Of a stretch of 64,000 nt of DNA, positions 38,925 to 49,950 are shown in pieces. The position numbers and the translations under genes were made by a program. The stretch lies in NCBI GenBank assembly GCA_963832295.1, contig CAWHTO010000001.1, positions 1,025,253 to 1,089,252 of the forward strand. The letters are read 5' to 3'. The stretch is from an uncultured Alphaproteobacteria bacterium (GTDB lineage Bacteria; Pseudomonadota; Alphaproteobacteria; Rhodobacterales; Rhodobacteraceae). Each line of letters opens with the position of its first letter. The first letter of the stretch is position 1. Below the pieces are notes generated by a model. That model did no database searches and was not told the DNA's origin. It worked only from the letters and a program-made list of their open reading frames with translations.

Positions 38925-41762
38925 CTATTCGGCCGCCTCCATATAATCCTCCAGGGGCGGGCAGGTGCAGATCAGATTGCGGTCGCCTGCGACATTGTCC
39001 ACGCGGTTCACGGGGGGCCAGTATTTGTCGACCCTGAACGCACCGGGAGGGAAGCAGCCTTGCTCACGACTGTAGGTGCGATCCCAGTCGCGGACCAGGT
39101 CCTCCATCGTGTGGGGCGCGTTGTGTAGCGCGCTTCGATCAGCCGCAATCGTGCCTGCCTCAACCTCCGCTATTTCTGCGCGGATCGCCTGCATGGCGGT
39201 CACGAACCGATCAAGCTCTGCCTTCGGCTCGGATTCGGTGGGCTCCACCATCAGAGTGCCTGATACGGGCCAGGACATCGTGGGCGCGTGGAAGCCGTGG
39301 TCCATCAGACGCTTGGCGATATCATCGACGGTAATACCCGCCTCCGCGAAGGGGCGGGTATCGAGGATGCATTCATGTGCCACGCGCCCGGTTTTTCCCT
39401 TGAAAAGAATGGCATAGTCGGAACTGAGCTGCTTCGCTATGTAGTTGGCGTTCAAGATCGCTACCTTGGTGGCCTGGGTAATCCCCTTGCCGCCCATCAG
39501 GTGCACATAGGCGTATGAAATCGGCAGGATCGATGCCGAGCCATAGGGCGCGGCCGAGACGGGACCCTGGGTGCCACCGGTTTCAGGATGACCCGGCAGG
39601 TGAGGCGCAAGATGCGCTTTGACGCCAATCGGCCCCATGCCGGGGCCACCGCCACCGTGAGGGATGCAGAAGGTCTTGTGCAGGTTCAGGTGGCTGACAT
39701 CGGCACCCAGATCACCCGGCTTCGACAGGCCGACCATGGCATTCAGGTTTGCGCCATCGAGGTAGACCTGACCGCCAAACTCATGTGTGATCGTGCAGAT
39801 GTCGCGCACAGTTTCCTCAAACACGCCGTGCGTGGACGGATAGGTGATCATGCAGGCGGCCAGGTTATCGCCCGCCGCCGAGGCCTTGGAGCGGAAATCC
39901 TCCACGTCGATATCCCCGTTCTCGGCCACTTTCACGACGACGACCTGCATGCCCGCCATCTGCGCGGAGGCAGGGTTCGTGCCGTGGGCAGAGACCGGGA
40001 TCAGGCAGATATTCCGTGCCGTGTCGCCTTGCGCCCGGTGATAGGCCGCGATGGTCAGAAGTCCCGCATATTCGCCCTGAGCGCCGGAGTTCGGCTGCAT
40101 CGACATGGCGTCGTAACCCGTGATCTCACACAGTTTCGCGCCGAGGTCTTCGAGCATCTCGGCATAGCCCTCTGCCTGATCCGCGGGCGCGAAAGGGTGC
40201 AGCGCGCCGAATTCGGGCCAGGTGACGGGCATCATCTCTACCGCGGCGTTCAGCTTCATGGTGCAGGAGCCGAGCGGGATCATGGCGCGGTCCAACGCCA
40301 GGTCACGGTCTGACAGGCGGCGCATGTACCGCATCATTTCCGCCTCGGCGCGGTTCATGTGGAAGATCGGGTGGGAGAGGAAGTCCGTCGTGCGCTGCTG
40401 CGCGTCGGGGATGGCCGGAGCGTTCTGCGCCGGGGCCAGATCGACGCCAAAAGCGGCGCAGACGGCCTCCAGATGCGCGTCCGTTGTGACCTCATCCACA
40501 GAGATGCCGATGCCGTCGGTCCCCACGTCGCGCAGGTTGATCCCACGCGCGACGGCCGCGGCCATGATCCGCGATTGCCTGTCGCCGACATGGAGGGTGA
40601 TGGTATCAAAGAAGCTTTCGTTGTCCGGAGGATAGCCGCCCGCCCGCAGGCTTTCGGCCAAACGCGCGGCTCGAAGATGCACGCGCTCTGCAATGGCGCG
40701 CAGGCCGAGAGGGCCGTGGAAGACAGCATAGAAACTTGCCATGACGGCGAGCAGCGCCTGCGCGGTGCAGACGTTGGAGGTGGCTTTCTCTCGCCGGATA
40801 TGCTGCTCGCGCGTTTGCAGCGACAGGCGGTAGGCCTGACGGCCGTGACTGTCGACGGAGACCCCGACGATCCGCCCCGGCAATGCGCGCTTGAGCGCAT
40901 CGCGGCAGGACATGAAGCCAGCGTGTGGGCCTCCGTATCCCAACGGCACCCCAAAGCGCTGCGCCGAGCCGACGGCAATGTCAGCGCCCATGGCACCGGG
41001 TTCTTTGACCAGCGTCAACGCCAGAAGATCTGTGGCGACTATGGCCAGCGCCTTGGCCTGATGCAGCGCGTCGATCAGGGCAGATGGGTCCGCCAACCCG
41101 CCAAAGGTGCCCGGATACTGAAAGATCGCGGCAAAGACCGCGTCCGGCTGCAACGCCTCGGGTGTGCCGATGATGACCTCAATCCCCAACGGGGCGGCGC
41201 GCGTCTCGATCACGGCGATCGTCTGCGGATGGCAGCTCTCATCCACAAAGAACGCGCGCGCCTTGGATTTCCCGGCACGTTGCGCCATGACCATCGCCTC
41301 GGCTGCCGCCGTGGCCTCGTCCAGCAGGGAGGCGTTGGCTACCTCCAGTCCCGTCAGGTCCGACACCATGGTCTGGAAGTTCAGAAGCGCCTCAAGCCGA
41401 CCCTGCGCGATCTCCGGCTGGTAGGGGGTGTAGGCAGTGTACCAGGCCGGATTTTCCAACACATTACGCTGGATCGCTGGCGGGGTATGAGTGCCAAAAT
41501 ACCCCTGGCCGATCATCGAAACCATTGGCTTGTTCTTTGCCGCGATGCTCCGCATATGATCCAGCAACTCCGCCTCGGACAGAGCCGGCCAAGCCAGCGC
41601 GCGATCCTGCCGGATCGAAGCAGGCACCGTGTCGTCGATCAACGCATCAAGGCTGTCGGCCCCCACCGAGCGCAGCATCTGCGCCATCTCGGTCGGCGAG
41701 GGTCCAATGTGGCGGCGGTTGGCGAAATCAGTCGGGTCGTAGTCGGTGGTCGTCCAGGTCAT
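38925..41762 (-). CDS. gcvP: Glycine dehydrogenase (decarboxylating), P-protein
   Basis: The start is at ATG 41762 ([22 protein letters not shown]). The PLP region is [18 protein letters not shown]. Confidence 0.96.
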   Translation of the reverse strand: MTWTTTDYDPTDFANRRHIGPSPTEMAQMLRSVGADSLDALIDDTVPASIRQDRALAWPALSEAELLDHMRSIAAKNKPMVSMIGQGYFGTHTPPAIQRNVLENPAWYTAYTPYQPEIAQGRLEALLNFQTMVSDLTGLEVANASLLDEATAAAEAMVMAQRAGKSKARAFFVDESCHPQTIAVIETRAAPLGIEVIIGTPEALQPDAVFAAIFQYPGTFGGLADPSALIDALHQAKALAIVATDLLALTLVKEPGAMGADIAVGSAQRFGVPLGYGGPHAGFMSCRDALKRALPGRIVGVSVDSHGRQAYRLSLQTREQHIRREKATSNVCTAQALLAVMASFYAVFHGPLGLRAIAERVHLRAARLAESLRAGGYPPDNESFFDTITLHVGDRQSRIMAAAVARGINLRDVGTDGIGISVDEVTTDAHLEAVCAAFGVDLAPAQNAPAIPDAQQRTTDFLSHPIFHMNRAEAEMMRYMRRLSDRDLALDRAMIPLGSCTMKLNAAVEMMPVTWPEFGALHPFAPADQAEGYAEMLEDLGAKLCEITGYDAMSMQPNSGAQGEYAGLLTIAAYHRAQGDTARNICLIPVSAHGTNPASAQMAGMQVVVVKVAENGDIDVEDFRSKASAAGDNLAACMITYPSTHGVFEETVRDICTITHEFGGQVYLDGANLNAMVGLSKPGDLGADVSHLNLHKTFCIPHGGGGPGMGPIGVKAHLAPHLPGHPETGGTQGPVSAAPYGSASILPISYAYVHLMGGKGITQATKVAILNANYIAKQLSSDYAILFKGKTGRVAHECILDTRPFAEAGITVDDIAKRLMDHGFHAPTMSWPVSGTLMVEPTESEPKAELDRFVTAMQAIRAEIAEVEAGTIAADRSALHNAPHTMEDLVRDWDRTYSREQGCFPPGAFRVDKYWPPVNRVDNVAGDRNLICTCPPLEDYMEAAE

Positions 41763-41860
41763 AGCGGGCTCCATTGGCCAGTGCTCTCGGCGCATGCTCG
41801 TTCATCTTGCGAGATACAACTCCGGGGTGTGCGGCGCCTGCGCCGCGAGGGGCAGCGCCC

Positions 41861-42223
41861 CTATTCCCCGATGTGATCGTTGTATTCGTCTTCGGTCATG
41901 TACTCGTCCAACGCCTCGGCGCTCTCGACCTTGATCTTAAAGAACCAGGCGGCCCCCATGGCATCCTCGTTCACAAGCGCGGGCTTGTCGGCGAGCGCTT
42001 CGTTGACCTCCACGATTTCACCGTCCAGTGGCGCGATGATATCGGAGGCGGCTTTCACGCTCTCGATCACCACGATCTCATCGCCTTTTGAAACCTGCGT
42101 CTCGATCTCGGGCAATTCGACATAGACAACGTCGCCCAGTTGCGTGGCGGCGTGTTCCGTGATGCCGACAGTGATGATGTTGCCATCAGCTGACAGCCAT
42201 TCGTGGTCTTCGGTGAATTTCAT
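41861..42223 (-). CDS. gcvH: Glycine cleavage system H protein
   Basis: The 120-aa ORF has the lipoyl-lysine motif VVIESVKAASDI. Confidence 0.96.
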   Translation of the reverse strand: MKFTEDHEWLSADGNIITVGITEHAATQLGDVVYVELPEIETQVSKGDEIVVIESVKAASDIIAPLDGEIVEVNEALADKPALVNEDAMGAAWFFKIKVESAEALDEYMTEDEYNDHIGE

Positions 42224-42252
42224 GAGGGATCTCCGCTTTTGAAATTGGGAAT

Positions 42253-43357
42253 TTAGCGTTTGTAGCCGGGGGGTGTGAACGGCAGTTTGGTTTGCGTGAC
42301 GGGCAGGCGCTTGCCGCGGACCTCGCCGAACAAGGTGATGTCGCGCGGCGTGGCGGCGTCAATCAGAGCCAGCGCCATAGGCGCGCCAAGGGTCGGACCA
42401 AACCCGCCGGAGGTAATTGTGCCGATGGGGTCGGTTGCGATTTCATCTGCATAGATTGCCACGCCCGCGCGCATCGGCGCGCGACCTTCCGGCAGCAGGC
42501 CCACCCGACGGCGAGGTGCGCCGCTCGCGATCTGGTTCAGCACCGCCTCCGCTCCAGGAAAGCCACCCGCCCGCGCACCGCCTGTGCGACGGATCTTGCC
42601 GATGGCCCAGGCCTGTCCGGCCTCCACCGGGCTGATGCCGGTGTCCATGTCCTGCCCGTAAAGCGGCAATCCCGCCTCCAGACGCAGCGAATCCCGCGCG
42701 CCGAGACCTACGGGCGCGACCCGCTCGTCCGCCAGCAGCGCGCGCGCGAAGGCCTCAGACCGCTCATTCGGGATAGATATCTCATACCCGTCTTCGCCGG
42801 TGTAGCCGGATCTGCTGATCCACACCTCGGTCCCGTCCCACGTCATCCGGGCGCTGTCCATGAAGCGCATGGCCGCCACCTCGGGGATCAGATCTGCCAG
42901 CGCTGCCTCGGCCCTGGGTCCTTGCAGGGCCAGCAATGCGCGGTCCTCGATGACATCCACGTCATCAATATGCGCCCTCAGATGCGCTATGTCGCCATCC
43001 TTGCAGCCTGCATTCACGACAAGAAACAAACCACCCGGCACGCGCGCGATCATCAGATCATCCAGCACGCCGCCCGCGTCATTGGTGAAAAACCCATAGC
43101 GCTGCCGGCCCACGTCCAGCCCAAGCACATCCACAGGCACCAGCGTCTCCAGCGCGACGTCGGCGCCTGCGGGCAGCATGACCTGACCCATATGGCTGAC
43201 GTCGAACAGCCCCGCGTTCTCGCGCGTCCACTGGTGCTCTGCCATAACGCCCGCTGAATATTGCACAGGCATCGCGTCAGCCGGCAAAACCGACGAATTT
43301 ACCGCCCAGTTCAGCGTGCAAATCGGCCAGCACCAGTGTCTTGAGATCGTCAGTCAT
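42253..43357 (-). CDS. gcvT: Glycine cleavage system aminomethyltransferase T, interrupted by a +1 frameshift near codon 26
   Basis: ATG 43357 gives MTDDLKTLVLADLHAELGGKFVGFAG then TGA. The main ORF continues in another frame with ...AMPVQYSAGVMAEHQWTRENAGLFDVSHMGQV. The span is 1105 nt (3n+1). Confidence 0.85.
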
Positions 43358-43414
43358 TTCGCCCCGCCCATATCTGCATCAGCCACACCGGCCCGAAACG
43401 GACCTGTGCCAAGT

Positions 43415-43590
43415 GATGCCCCCTCTGTCCGTTCGCCTGAGATCGTTATCCCTTCGGCGGAGGGCACGCGCCCTCACTCTCCAGAGTATCGTCGCACCAC
43501 AGGTCCTTTTGCCTGAGAGATTACCGGGGCGGTTGCTCCTTCGGCCCAATTGCATCCGGTGGTCCGGCGACAAGAGAGTCTCCCTGTGAT
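43415..43590 (-). promoter_or_regulatory. Tandem glycine riboswitch in the gcvT leader
   Basis: On the minus strand, aptamer 1 is ...GGGAGACUCUC...GGGCCGAAGGAGCAACC...CUCUCAGGCAAAAGGACC. Aptamer 2 is CUCUGGAGAGUGAGGGC...CCGCCGAAGGGAUAACG...UCUCAGGCGAACGGACAGAGG. Confidence 0.9.
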
Positions 43591-43666
43591 GGGATCAGGA
43601 TACATGGACGCGGGCCATGATCAAGGGGTCTTGATAGCGCTCCTCAATTGCCCCATTCGGGACCGC

Positions 43667-44206
43667 ATGATTGATCCCTACTTTTTCGGCTATGGCAGCC
43701 TGGTGAACCGTCAAACCCACGCCTATCCGCGGGCGGTCCACGCGGAGGTGCACGGGTGGCAGCGGTTCTGGCGCGGTACCGGGTTGCGCAAAGTGGCGTT
43801 TCTGTCGGCGGAGCCAGCGTCAGGGGGGGTGATCAAGGGCTTGATCGCTGCCCGTTCCGGAAACGATTGGGCGGCACTTGATCTGCGCGAAGAGGCCTAC
43901 ATCCGCCACAGGGTCAAGGACATCAGCCATGTTCATGGTGATCTGGATGTGCAGATCTATTCCGTCGCATCACAACATCTGGATGGGGGCAGTCACCCGA
44001 TCCTGCTGAGCTATCTGGATACCGTCATTCAAGGCTACCTGCACGAATACGGGGAAGACGGCGCGCGGGATTTCTTCGATACAACAGGCGGTTGGGACAC
44101 GCCGATCACACACGACCGCGCAGACCCGGTCTATCCCCGTGCCACACGGCTGACCGATGCGGAACGTGCCTTCGTCGATGACAATCTGGCTCGTGTCACC
44201 ACCTAG
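43667..44206 (+). CDS. Gamma-glutamylcyclotransferase (AIG2/GGCT-like) family protein
   Basis: The start is at ATG 43667 (MIDPYFFGYGSLVNRQTH). Confidence 0.7.
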   Translation: MIDPYFFGYGSLVNRQTHAYPRAVHAEVHGWQRFWRGTGLRKVAFLSAEPASGGVIKGLIAARSGNDWAALDLREEAYIRHRVKDISHVHGDLDVQIYSVASQHLDGGSHPILLSYLDTVIQGYLHEYGEDGARDFFDTTGGWDTPITHDRADPVYPRATRLTDAERAFVDDNLARVTT

Positions 44207-44643
44207 AGCGTCAGGTGCCGTGCCCGCGCACCGCGCTCGATGGCGGCCGCGTGCAGGCGGTCGATGTTCAGGAAATGACGCAGTTCTTCGAGGAATCGCA
44301 GTTCCTGTTGAGCCAGTTTGCCGTCTGCTGCCGCCACATCGCAGGCCAAGGCATAGGCCGTCTCGAACAGGGCCTCGGGCAGCTCCTCCTTGACGAGGCC
44401 AAACAGCGCGTCCAGGCCGTCCTCCTCCTCGAAGAGATCAAAGACGATGCCCGCCACCAGCCGCATCCGGTCCGCGTCATAGCTGCCGAAGACGGGCAGG
44501 AAGTTGACCATCTGCTCGATCGACAGCAACTCCGATGTGCGGATTGTCTCGTCTGATACCGAGATCCCGACCATGATCGCCACAAGCGAATCTTCCGGGG
44601 TGAAAATGTGATCTGTCATGGGGTTCGTCCTCTGTGCGGTCAT
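44203..44643 (-). CDS. TerB-family (tellurite resistance TerB-like) protein
   Basis: The 146-aa ORF reads ...AYALACDVAAADGKLAQQELRFLEELRHFLNI... Confidence 0.7.
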   Translation of the reverse strand: MTAQRTNPMTDHIFTPEDSLVAIMVGISVSDETIRTSELLSIEQMVNFLPVFGSYDADRMRLVAGIVFDLFEEEDGLDALFGLVKEELPEALFETAYALACDVAAADGKLAQQELRFLEELRHFLNIDRLHAAAIERGARARHLTL

Positions 44644-44723
44644 GTGTCATTTATTGACGGGGGACGTGTCAGACAATAGGTGCAGGGCCGGGCAATTTGA
44701 CCCGTGCATCAGGATTTCTTCCC

Positions 44724-46304
44724 ATGACCGATCTGCGTGACGCTGCAATGACCTCCAAGGCCTGGCCCTTCGAAGAGGCGCGGCGCGTGCTTAGCCGCTA
44801 TGAAAGCGCCCCGCCGGAGAAGGGCTATGTGCTGTTCGAGACAGGGTACGGCCCCAGCGGTCTGCCACATATCGGCACGTTTGGCGAAGTCCTGCGCACC
44901 ACCATGGTGCGCCGTGCGTTCGAGGTGCTCAGCGATATCCCGACGCGAATGATCTGTTTCTCCGACGATCTCGACGGCATGCGCAAGGTGCCGGGCAATG
45001 TGCCCAATGCGGACAGCCTGACCGAGCATCTGCAACGCCCGCTGACCTCCGTACCCGATCCCTTCGGCACTCACGACAGTTTCGGCGATCACAACAACGC
45101 CATGCTGCGGCGGTTTCTGGACACCTTCGGGTTCGAGTATGATTTCATTTCGGCCACCGAGTTCTACAGCACGGGCCAGTTCGATGAGATCCTCAGGCGC
45201 GCGGTGGAGCGCTATGACGACATCATGAAAGTGATGCTCAAAAGCCTCCGCGAGGAGCGCCGCCAGACCTATTCCATCTTCCTGCCGATCCATCCGGAAA
45301 CGGGGCGGGTTCTGTATGTGCCGATGACATCGGTGAACGCGCGTGACTACACCGTGACTTTCGACGACGAAGAGGGCCGCGAATGGACGCTTCCGGTGAC
45401 CGGAGGCAATGTGAAATTCCAGTGGAAGCCTGATTTCGGCGCGCGATGGGCTGCGTTGGGTGTGGATTTTGAGATGTACGGCAAGGATCATTCCACCAAT
45501 ACGCCGATCTATTCCCGCATCTGCGAGATCCTCGGAACCAAGGCGCCCGAGACCTACAGCTATGAGCTGTTCCTGGACGAGGGCGGGCAGAAAATCTCCA
45601 AGACGTCCGGCAACGGCATCAGCATTGACGAATGGCTGACCTACGCCTCAACGGAATCGCTGTCGTATTTCATGTTCGCCAAGCCCAAGACGGCCAAGCG
45701 GATGCATTTCGATGTGATCCCCAAGGCCGTCGATGAGTATCACCAGCAACTGCGCGCCTATGCGGGCCAGGATACTGCGCAGCGTCTTGCCAATCCGGTC
45801 TACCATATTCACGGCCACAACGTGCCCGCGTCCTCGATGATCGTCAGTTTCGCGATGCTCCTGAACCTCGCGTCCGTCTCCGGGGCCGCCGACAAAGAGG
45901 CGCTCTGGGGCTTCATCCGACGCTATGCGCCGGACGCCACGCCCGAGACGCACCCCGATCTGGACCAGGCCGCGGGCTTTGCCGTTCGCTACTACAACGA
46001 CTTCGTCAAGCCCACGCGCACCTTCCGCGTTGCCACCGACAAGGAGCGCGCGGCGATGGAGGATCTGATTGCACGCCTCAAAGCCTACGACGGCCCGGTG
46101 GAGGATGAAGCGATCCAAACCATCGTGTTCGCCGTCGGAAAGGCCCACGCGTTTGAACCGCTGCGCGATTGGTTCAAGGCGCTTTACGAAGTGTGCCTCG
46201 GCGCGTCGCAGGGTCCGCGTTTTGGTGGGTTCATCGCACTTTACGGCGTGGAGGAGACGATCACGCTGATGGAAGACGGCCTGGCAGGCAAACTTGCGGG
46301 CTGA
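44724..46304 (+). CDS. lysK: Lysine--tRNA ligase, class I
   Basis: It begins [19 protein letters not shown] and carries [11 protein letters not shown] (HIGH-like) and [11 protein letters not shown] (KMSKS). Confidence 0.92.
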   Translation: MTDLRDAAMTSKAWPFEEARRVLSRYESAPPEKGYVLFETGYGPSGLPHIGTFGEVLRTTMVRRAFEVLSDIPTRMICFSDDLDGMRKVPGNVPNADSLTEHLQRPLTSVPDPFGTHDSFGDHNNAMLRRFLDTFGFEYDFISATEFYSTGQFDEILRRAVERYDDIMKVMLKSLREERRQTYSIFLPIHPETGRVLYVPMTSVNARDYTVTFDDEEGREWTLPVTGGNVKFQWKPDFGARWAALGVDFEMYGKDHSTNTPIYSRICEILGTKAPETYSYELFLDEGGQKISKTSGNGISIDEWLTYASTESLSYFMFAKPKTAKRMHFDVIPKAVDEYHQQLRAYAGQDTAQRLANPVYHIHGHNVPASSMIVSFAMLLNLASVSGAADKEALWGFIRRYAPDATPETHPDLDQAAGFAVRYYNDFVKPTRTFRVATDKERAAMEDLIARLKAYDGPVEDEAIQTIVFAVGKAHAFEPLRDWFKALYEVCLGASQGPRFGGFIALYGVEETITLMEDGLAGKLAG

Positions 46305-46368
46305 AACTTTTCGCGATCGCACTACGTTTATTCAAATCATCACGTGTTCTTGATCTCAGGAGACTTCC

Positions 46369-46812
46369 ATGATCCGCATTATCGCCCTGTCCGTATTTCT
46401 CGCGCTTGGCCTTGGCGTGATCGCCGCTTTCATCGCGCCGCGCGCCGTCGCCGCGCAAGAGGTTTTGCAATCCAACCCGGCGATTGAGGCCGTCATCGGC
46501 AATCAGCTAGATGCCTTCCGGCGGCAGGACGTGCCGGACGCATGGCAATACGCCAGCCCGACCATTCAGAGCATCTTCGGCGACCCGCAGGCCTTTGGCC
46601 GCATGGTTCAGGAGGCGTTTCCGATGGTCTGGGATCCGGCACGGACCGCGTTCATTGACCTTCAGGCCTTCGGGGGTCTGACGATCCAGCGGGTCGAGAT
46701 CATCGATCAGGGCGGCAACACGCACTACCTCGGTTATGCGATGGTGGAAACGCCCGATGGCTGGCGCATCAACGGTGTCCAGATCCTGACTGCGCCTTCG
46801 GTCGCGGCATGA
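46369..46812 (+). CDS. DUF4864 domain protein (secreted/periplasmic)
   Basis: It has a signal peptide, then AIEAVIGNQLDAFRRQDVPDAWQYASPTIQSIFG. Confidence 0.7.
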   Translation: MIRIIALSVFLALGLGVIAAFIAPRAVAAQEVLQSNPAIEAVIGNQLDAFRRQDVPDAWQYASPTIQSIFGDPQAFGRMVQEAFPMVWDPARTAFIDLQAFGGLTIQRVEIIDQGGNTHYLGYAMVETPDGWRINGVQILTAPSVAA

Positions 46813-46837
46813 CGTCCGTCAAATTATTCGCAGCCCG

Positions 46838-46853
46838 TTAACGCCCCCTTAAC
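46838..46853 (+). promoter_or_regulatory. Perfect CtrA box TTAA-N7-TTAAC
   Basis: TTAACGCCCCCTTAAC lies 190 nt upstream of the beta-helix gene start. Confidence 0.5.
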
Positions 46854-47042
46854 CTCTCGGGCTTAGAGATATCCATGCAAGTGGGCTCACGTGCCGTTTC
46901 AACCGGTCGCGCCTGCATCAATTACAGACATTGCAACACAACCGAGGTGACCGTTCAGGGTGCCTTGATTGCCCCTGTTCCGGTCCAGGACACACGCGGG
47001 GCCCCTGAACAGGGACGCGCCCCGTGCCAAAAGGGGTACGAT

Positions 47043-49334
47043 ATGAACCAGGTGATCACAGACGGCCTAATCCTTATGCCGCCAGCCTTCTCTGACGGGC
47101 TTGGCGTTTGGTCCCGGCAAGATGGCCGGCCCGGTAGCGATACCTGGGCGACGGCGCCCAACGCCGCGATCGTGGCCGCCGACAGCGACTTCGGCGATTG
47201 CCTGGAAATCCTGAAAATCGACGCCACCACGCGCATCCGCTCCATGGGGCAGACGCCGATCATTCCGGGCACGTATCTGCGTATTTCGGCCCGCGTGAAA
47301 GTGCTGTCGGGCAATCTTCCCGATGTGCGCATCGCCGCCTGGCCCGGGGCCGGAGCGGACCTCTATGTCGCCGGTCTGGACGAGGTGGCGGGGACTGTCG
47401 ACATTCCCGCCTATGGCTCCATCACCACGGTGACGGCGATCATCGGCACCGGTGCGCGCGGCGGCGTGGATCTGGCCTGGGGTACCGGGCCCGGCTATGC
47501 CCACGTCGGTCTCGATTTCACCGGTCCGAACGGTGGCCAGGTCCGGATTGAGAGCATTACCGTTGAAGACGTCACCTCCGTCTTCCACCGCAAGCTGATG
47601 GATTGGGTCGATGTGCGCGACTACGGTGCGATTGGCGACGGAGTGACCGATGATCGCGCGGCCTTTGCCGCCGCCGATGCCGCTGCGGCGGGCCGTGAGG
47701 TGATGATCCCCGCCGGCGATTATTTCATCGGTTCCAACGTCACGCTGACCAACCCCGCCCGCTTCGAGGGCCGCGTGGTGATGCCCGACAACGTGCGCAT
47801 CGCGCTTGATGAAAACTTTGACCTCGACGGCTATGCCGAGGCATTCGGAGACGAGGTTCTTGGCCTCAAGAAAGGCCTGCAACAGCTCTTCAACCAGTCC
47901 GAATTCGAAGCCTTCGACCTGTGCGAACGCCGCATCGTGCTGGATGAGCCGCTTGATATTCAGGGTATTGTCGGCAACCGAAACACCTACGCCAACCGCA
48001 GGGTGCTTCGCAACGGGCAGTTCGTGGCGACGTCTTCCAGCGCCTGGGCCGACACCGTCGTCAGCCGCTCTGCGGCATGGTCGGACAGTTCCGCGTTTGA
48101 GCTGACGGGCGTGTCGAACGCAGCTGATATCCCGGTCGGATCGCTGGTGACCGGGCCGCTTGGTGTGGGCCGTGAGGTTTACGTGCGCGCCGTCAATGCC
48201 GCGCAGAACAAAGTGTTCCTGTCCTCGCCCCTCGTGGCGCCTCCGTCGAACCAGACCTATACGTTCACCCGGTTCAAATACATGCTGGACTTCATCGGCT
48301 GGCAGAACCTGCAACGCTTCATCGTCTCGGATATAGAGTTCCTGTGCGGGGGCCTGTGTTCTGCGATCAACCTGTCGCTCGACGGTTTGGTGTTCCAGAT
48401 CCAGGACTGCTACTTCACCGGACCCAAGGACCGCGCCATCACCTCTGCCGACGAGGGTTGTCAGGGTATGCAGATCGACCGCTGCCAGTTCCTCTCGAAC
48501 GAGCAGACGCTCAATGTGCCGGATCGCAAATCGGTCGGCTTCAACATCAACTCGTCGGACTGCAAGATCCGCGACAACCGTTGCGTGAAGTTCCTTCACT
48601 TCGGGGTCATTTCCGGCTCCGGAACGATCATGACCGGCAACCACTTCTTCCAGGGCGACAGCGTCGCCGAGGGCGTGCGCTCGCCCGGTCTGGTGATCGC
48701 GGATGCCAATGCGAAGATGTCGTTCTCCAATAACTACGTCGACAATTGCTACCTCGAATGGACCAACGAGAAGGACCCGACACCTGACTTCACCGGCGGG
48801 TTGTCGTTCCATGGGCTGACCATTCAGGGCAACATCTTCTTCGCCACAAACACGGCTCCATGGATGCGGTTCATTTCGATCAAGCCATTCGGCACGGACC
48901 ATTTCATCAACGGCATGTCGGTTACAGGCAACCTGTTCAAAAAGACCAGCGGTGCGCAACTGGAAGCGGTGGAAGGGGTGGACGACAGCTTTGCCTCGCT
49001 TGATCTGAGCCGCACGGCGGACCTGCAATTCGACAGCAATACGTTCCAGGGCATCGTGAAGCGGGCCGAGAACCCGACTTATATCCGCGCCACCCAGAAC
49101 ACGGCGGCGCAGACCTGGACTGTGGATATGTCGGACTACACACCGTTTGGTGCTCCGGTGAAATACGGTCTCTCGGTTCTGCCCGACGGCCCGGTTCGCA
49201 GCGCCTCGAACGTTGCGATCTACACCCAGCCGTTTACCCAGGGCTTCCAGGGAGTGGGAGGCACATCGCTCAACATCGGTTGGTCTCAACCGGTGAGGGG
49301 ATCGGTTTACGTGACGGCGCGCTGCGATAACTGA
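47043..49334 (+). CDS. Right-handed beta-helix / pectate-lyase-superfamily (tailspike-like) protein with N-terminal jelly-roll-like domain; no signal peptide
   Basis: The start is at ATG 47043 (MNQVITDGL). WVDVRDYGAIGDGVTDDRAAF is a Pectate_lyase_3-type motif, followed by a long repetitive beta-helix region. No hydrophobic N-terminus is present. Confidence 0.75.
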   Translation: MNQVITDGLILMPPAFSDGLGVWSRQDGRPGSDTWATAPNAAIVAADSDFGDCLEILKIDATTRIRSMGQTPIIPGTYLRISARVKVLSGNLPDVRIAAWPGAGADLYVAGLDEVAGTVDIPAYGSITTVTAIIGTGARGGVDLAWGTGPGYAHVGLDFTGPNGGQVRIESITVEDVTSVFHRKLMDWVDVRDYGAIGDGVTDDRAAFAAADAAAAGREVMIPAGDYFIGSNVTLTNPARFEGRVVMPDNVRIALDENFDLDGYAEAFGDEVLGLKKGLQQLFNQSEFEAFDLCERRIVLDEPLDIQGIVGNRNTYANRRVLRNGQFVATSSSAWADTVVSRSAAWSDSSAFELTGVSNAADIPVGSLVTGPLGVGREVYVRAVNAAQNKVFLSSPLVAPPSNQTYTFTRFKYMLDFIGWQNLQRFIVSDIEFLCGGLCSAINLSLDGLVFQIQDCYFTGPKDRAITSADEGCQGMQIDRCQFLSNEQTLNVPDRKSVGFNINSSDCKIRDNRCVKFLHFGVISGSGTIMTGNHFFQGDSVAEGVRSPGLVIADANAKMSFSNNYVDNCYLEWTNEKDPTPDFTGGLSFHGLTIQGNIFFATNTAPWMRFISIKPFGTDHFINGMSVTGNLFKKTSGAQLEAVEGVDDSFASLDLSRTADLQFDSNTFQGIVKRAENPTYIRATQNTAAQTWTVDMSDYTPFGAPVKYGLSVLPDGPVRSASNVAIYTQPFTQGFQGVGGTSLNIGWSQPVRGSVYVTARCDN

Positions 49335-49441
49335 CACGATCCGGGCGTCCGCCCTGTGGCGCAGTGACTGCGACACCGGGGGCATTGATGGCTTTCCTTC
49401 TGATCCCGGTGCATTAAATTGCATTCGGGATCAGGTGGTTA

Positions 49442-49925
49442 ATGGGAGCTCTCGTGTTGCGTCTTGAATGCGTCCAGGATTATCCGCGCCCCCCGGTGCT
49501 TGAGCCAGCAGGAGTGCGCTTGCGCGTGATTTATAAGGGCATAGAGCTGGCAGACAGTGAGTTCGGGCCTGAGAGTGCTGGAGACGCACCACGCCCCAAC
49601 CTACTATATCCCGCCCTCCGACATCATCATGTCCGCTCTCGTGCCGTCCACCCGACAGACGCTGTGCGAGGTCAAAGGTCTCGCCACCTTCTATGATCTG
49701 GTCCTGAATGGGCGCCGCGCCCGCAATGCGGCGTGGAGCTATCGCGCTCCGACCGCCCGCTTCGAGCGCCTTCGCGATCACATCGCGTTCTACGCCACCT
49801 CTGTGGATGAGGCCTATGTCGGCGCGTTTCGCGTCATGGCGCAGCCCGGTGACTTCTACGGTGGATGGGTGACACCCAACCTGACCGGAAAGATCAAGGG
49901 CGCACACGGGACGATGCACTGGTGA
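49442..49925 (+). CDS. DUF427 domain protein, frame-shifted at about 49556
   Basis: The N-terminal piece reads ...ECVQDYPRPPVLEPAGVRLRVIYKGIELADS. The C-terminal piece, in another frame, reads SSGLRVLETHHAPTYYIPPSDI.... The span is 484 nt (3n+1) and the junction AGTGAGT looks like a 4-nt insertion. Confidence 0.75.
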
Positions 49926-49950
49926 ACCTTGGGCATCGGAAAAGCTGGGG

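Noticed and set aside
46875-47042. 56-codon N-terminal extension of the beta-helix ORF
   Set aside because: Its composition is non-protein-like (MQVGSRAVSTGRACINYRHCNTTE...), and an internal ATG at 47043 is followed by typical coding sequence.
47067-49424. 785-aa minus-strand ORF
   Set aside because: It is antisense to the beta-helix gene. Its composition is Arg/Gly/Ala-rich with no motifs, so it is a shadow ORF.
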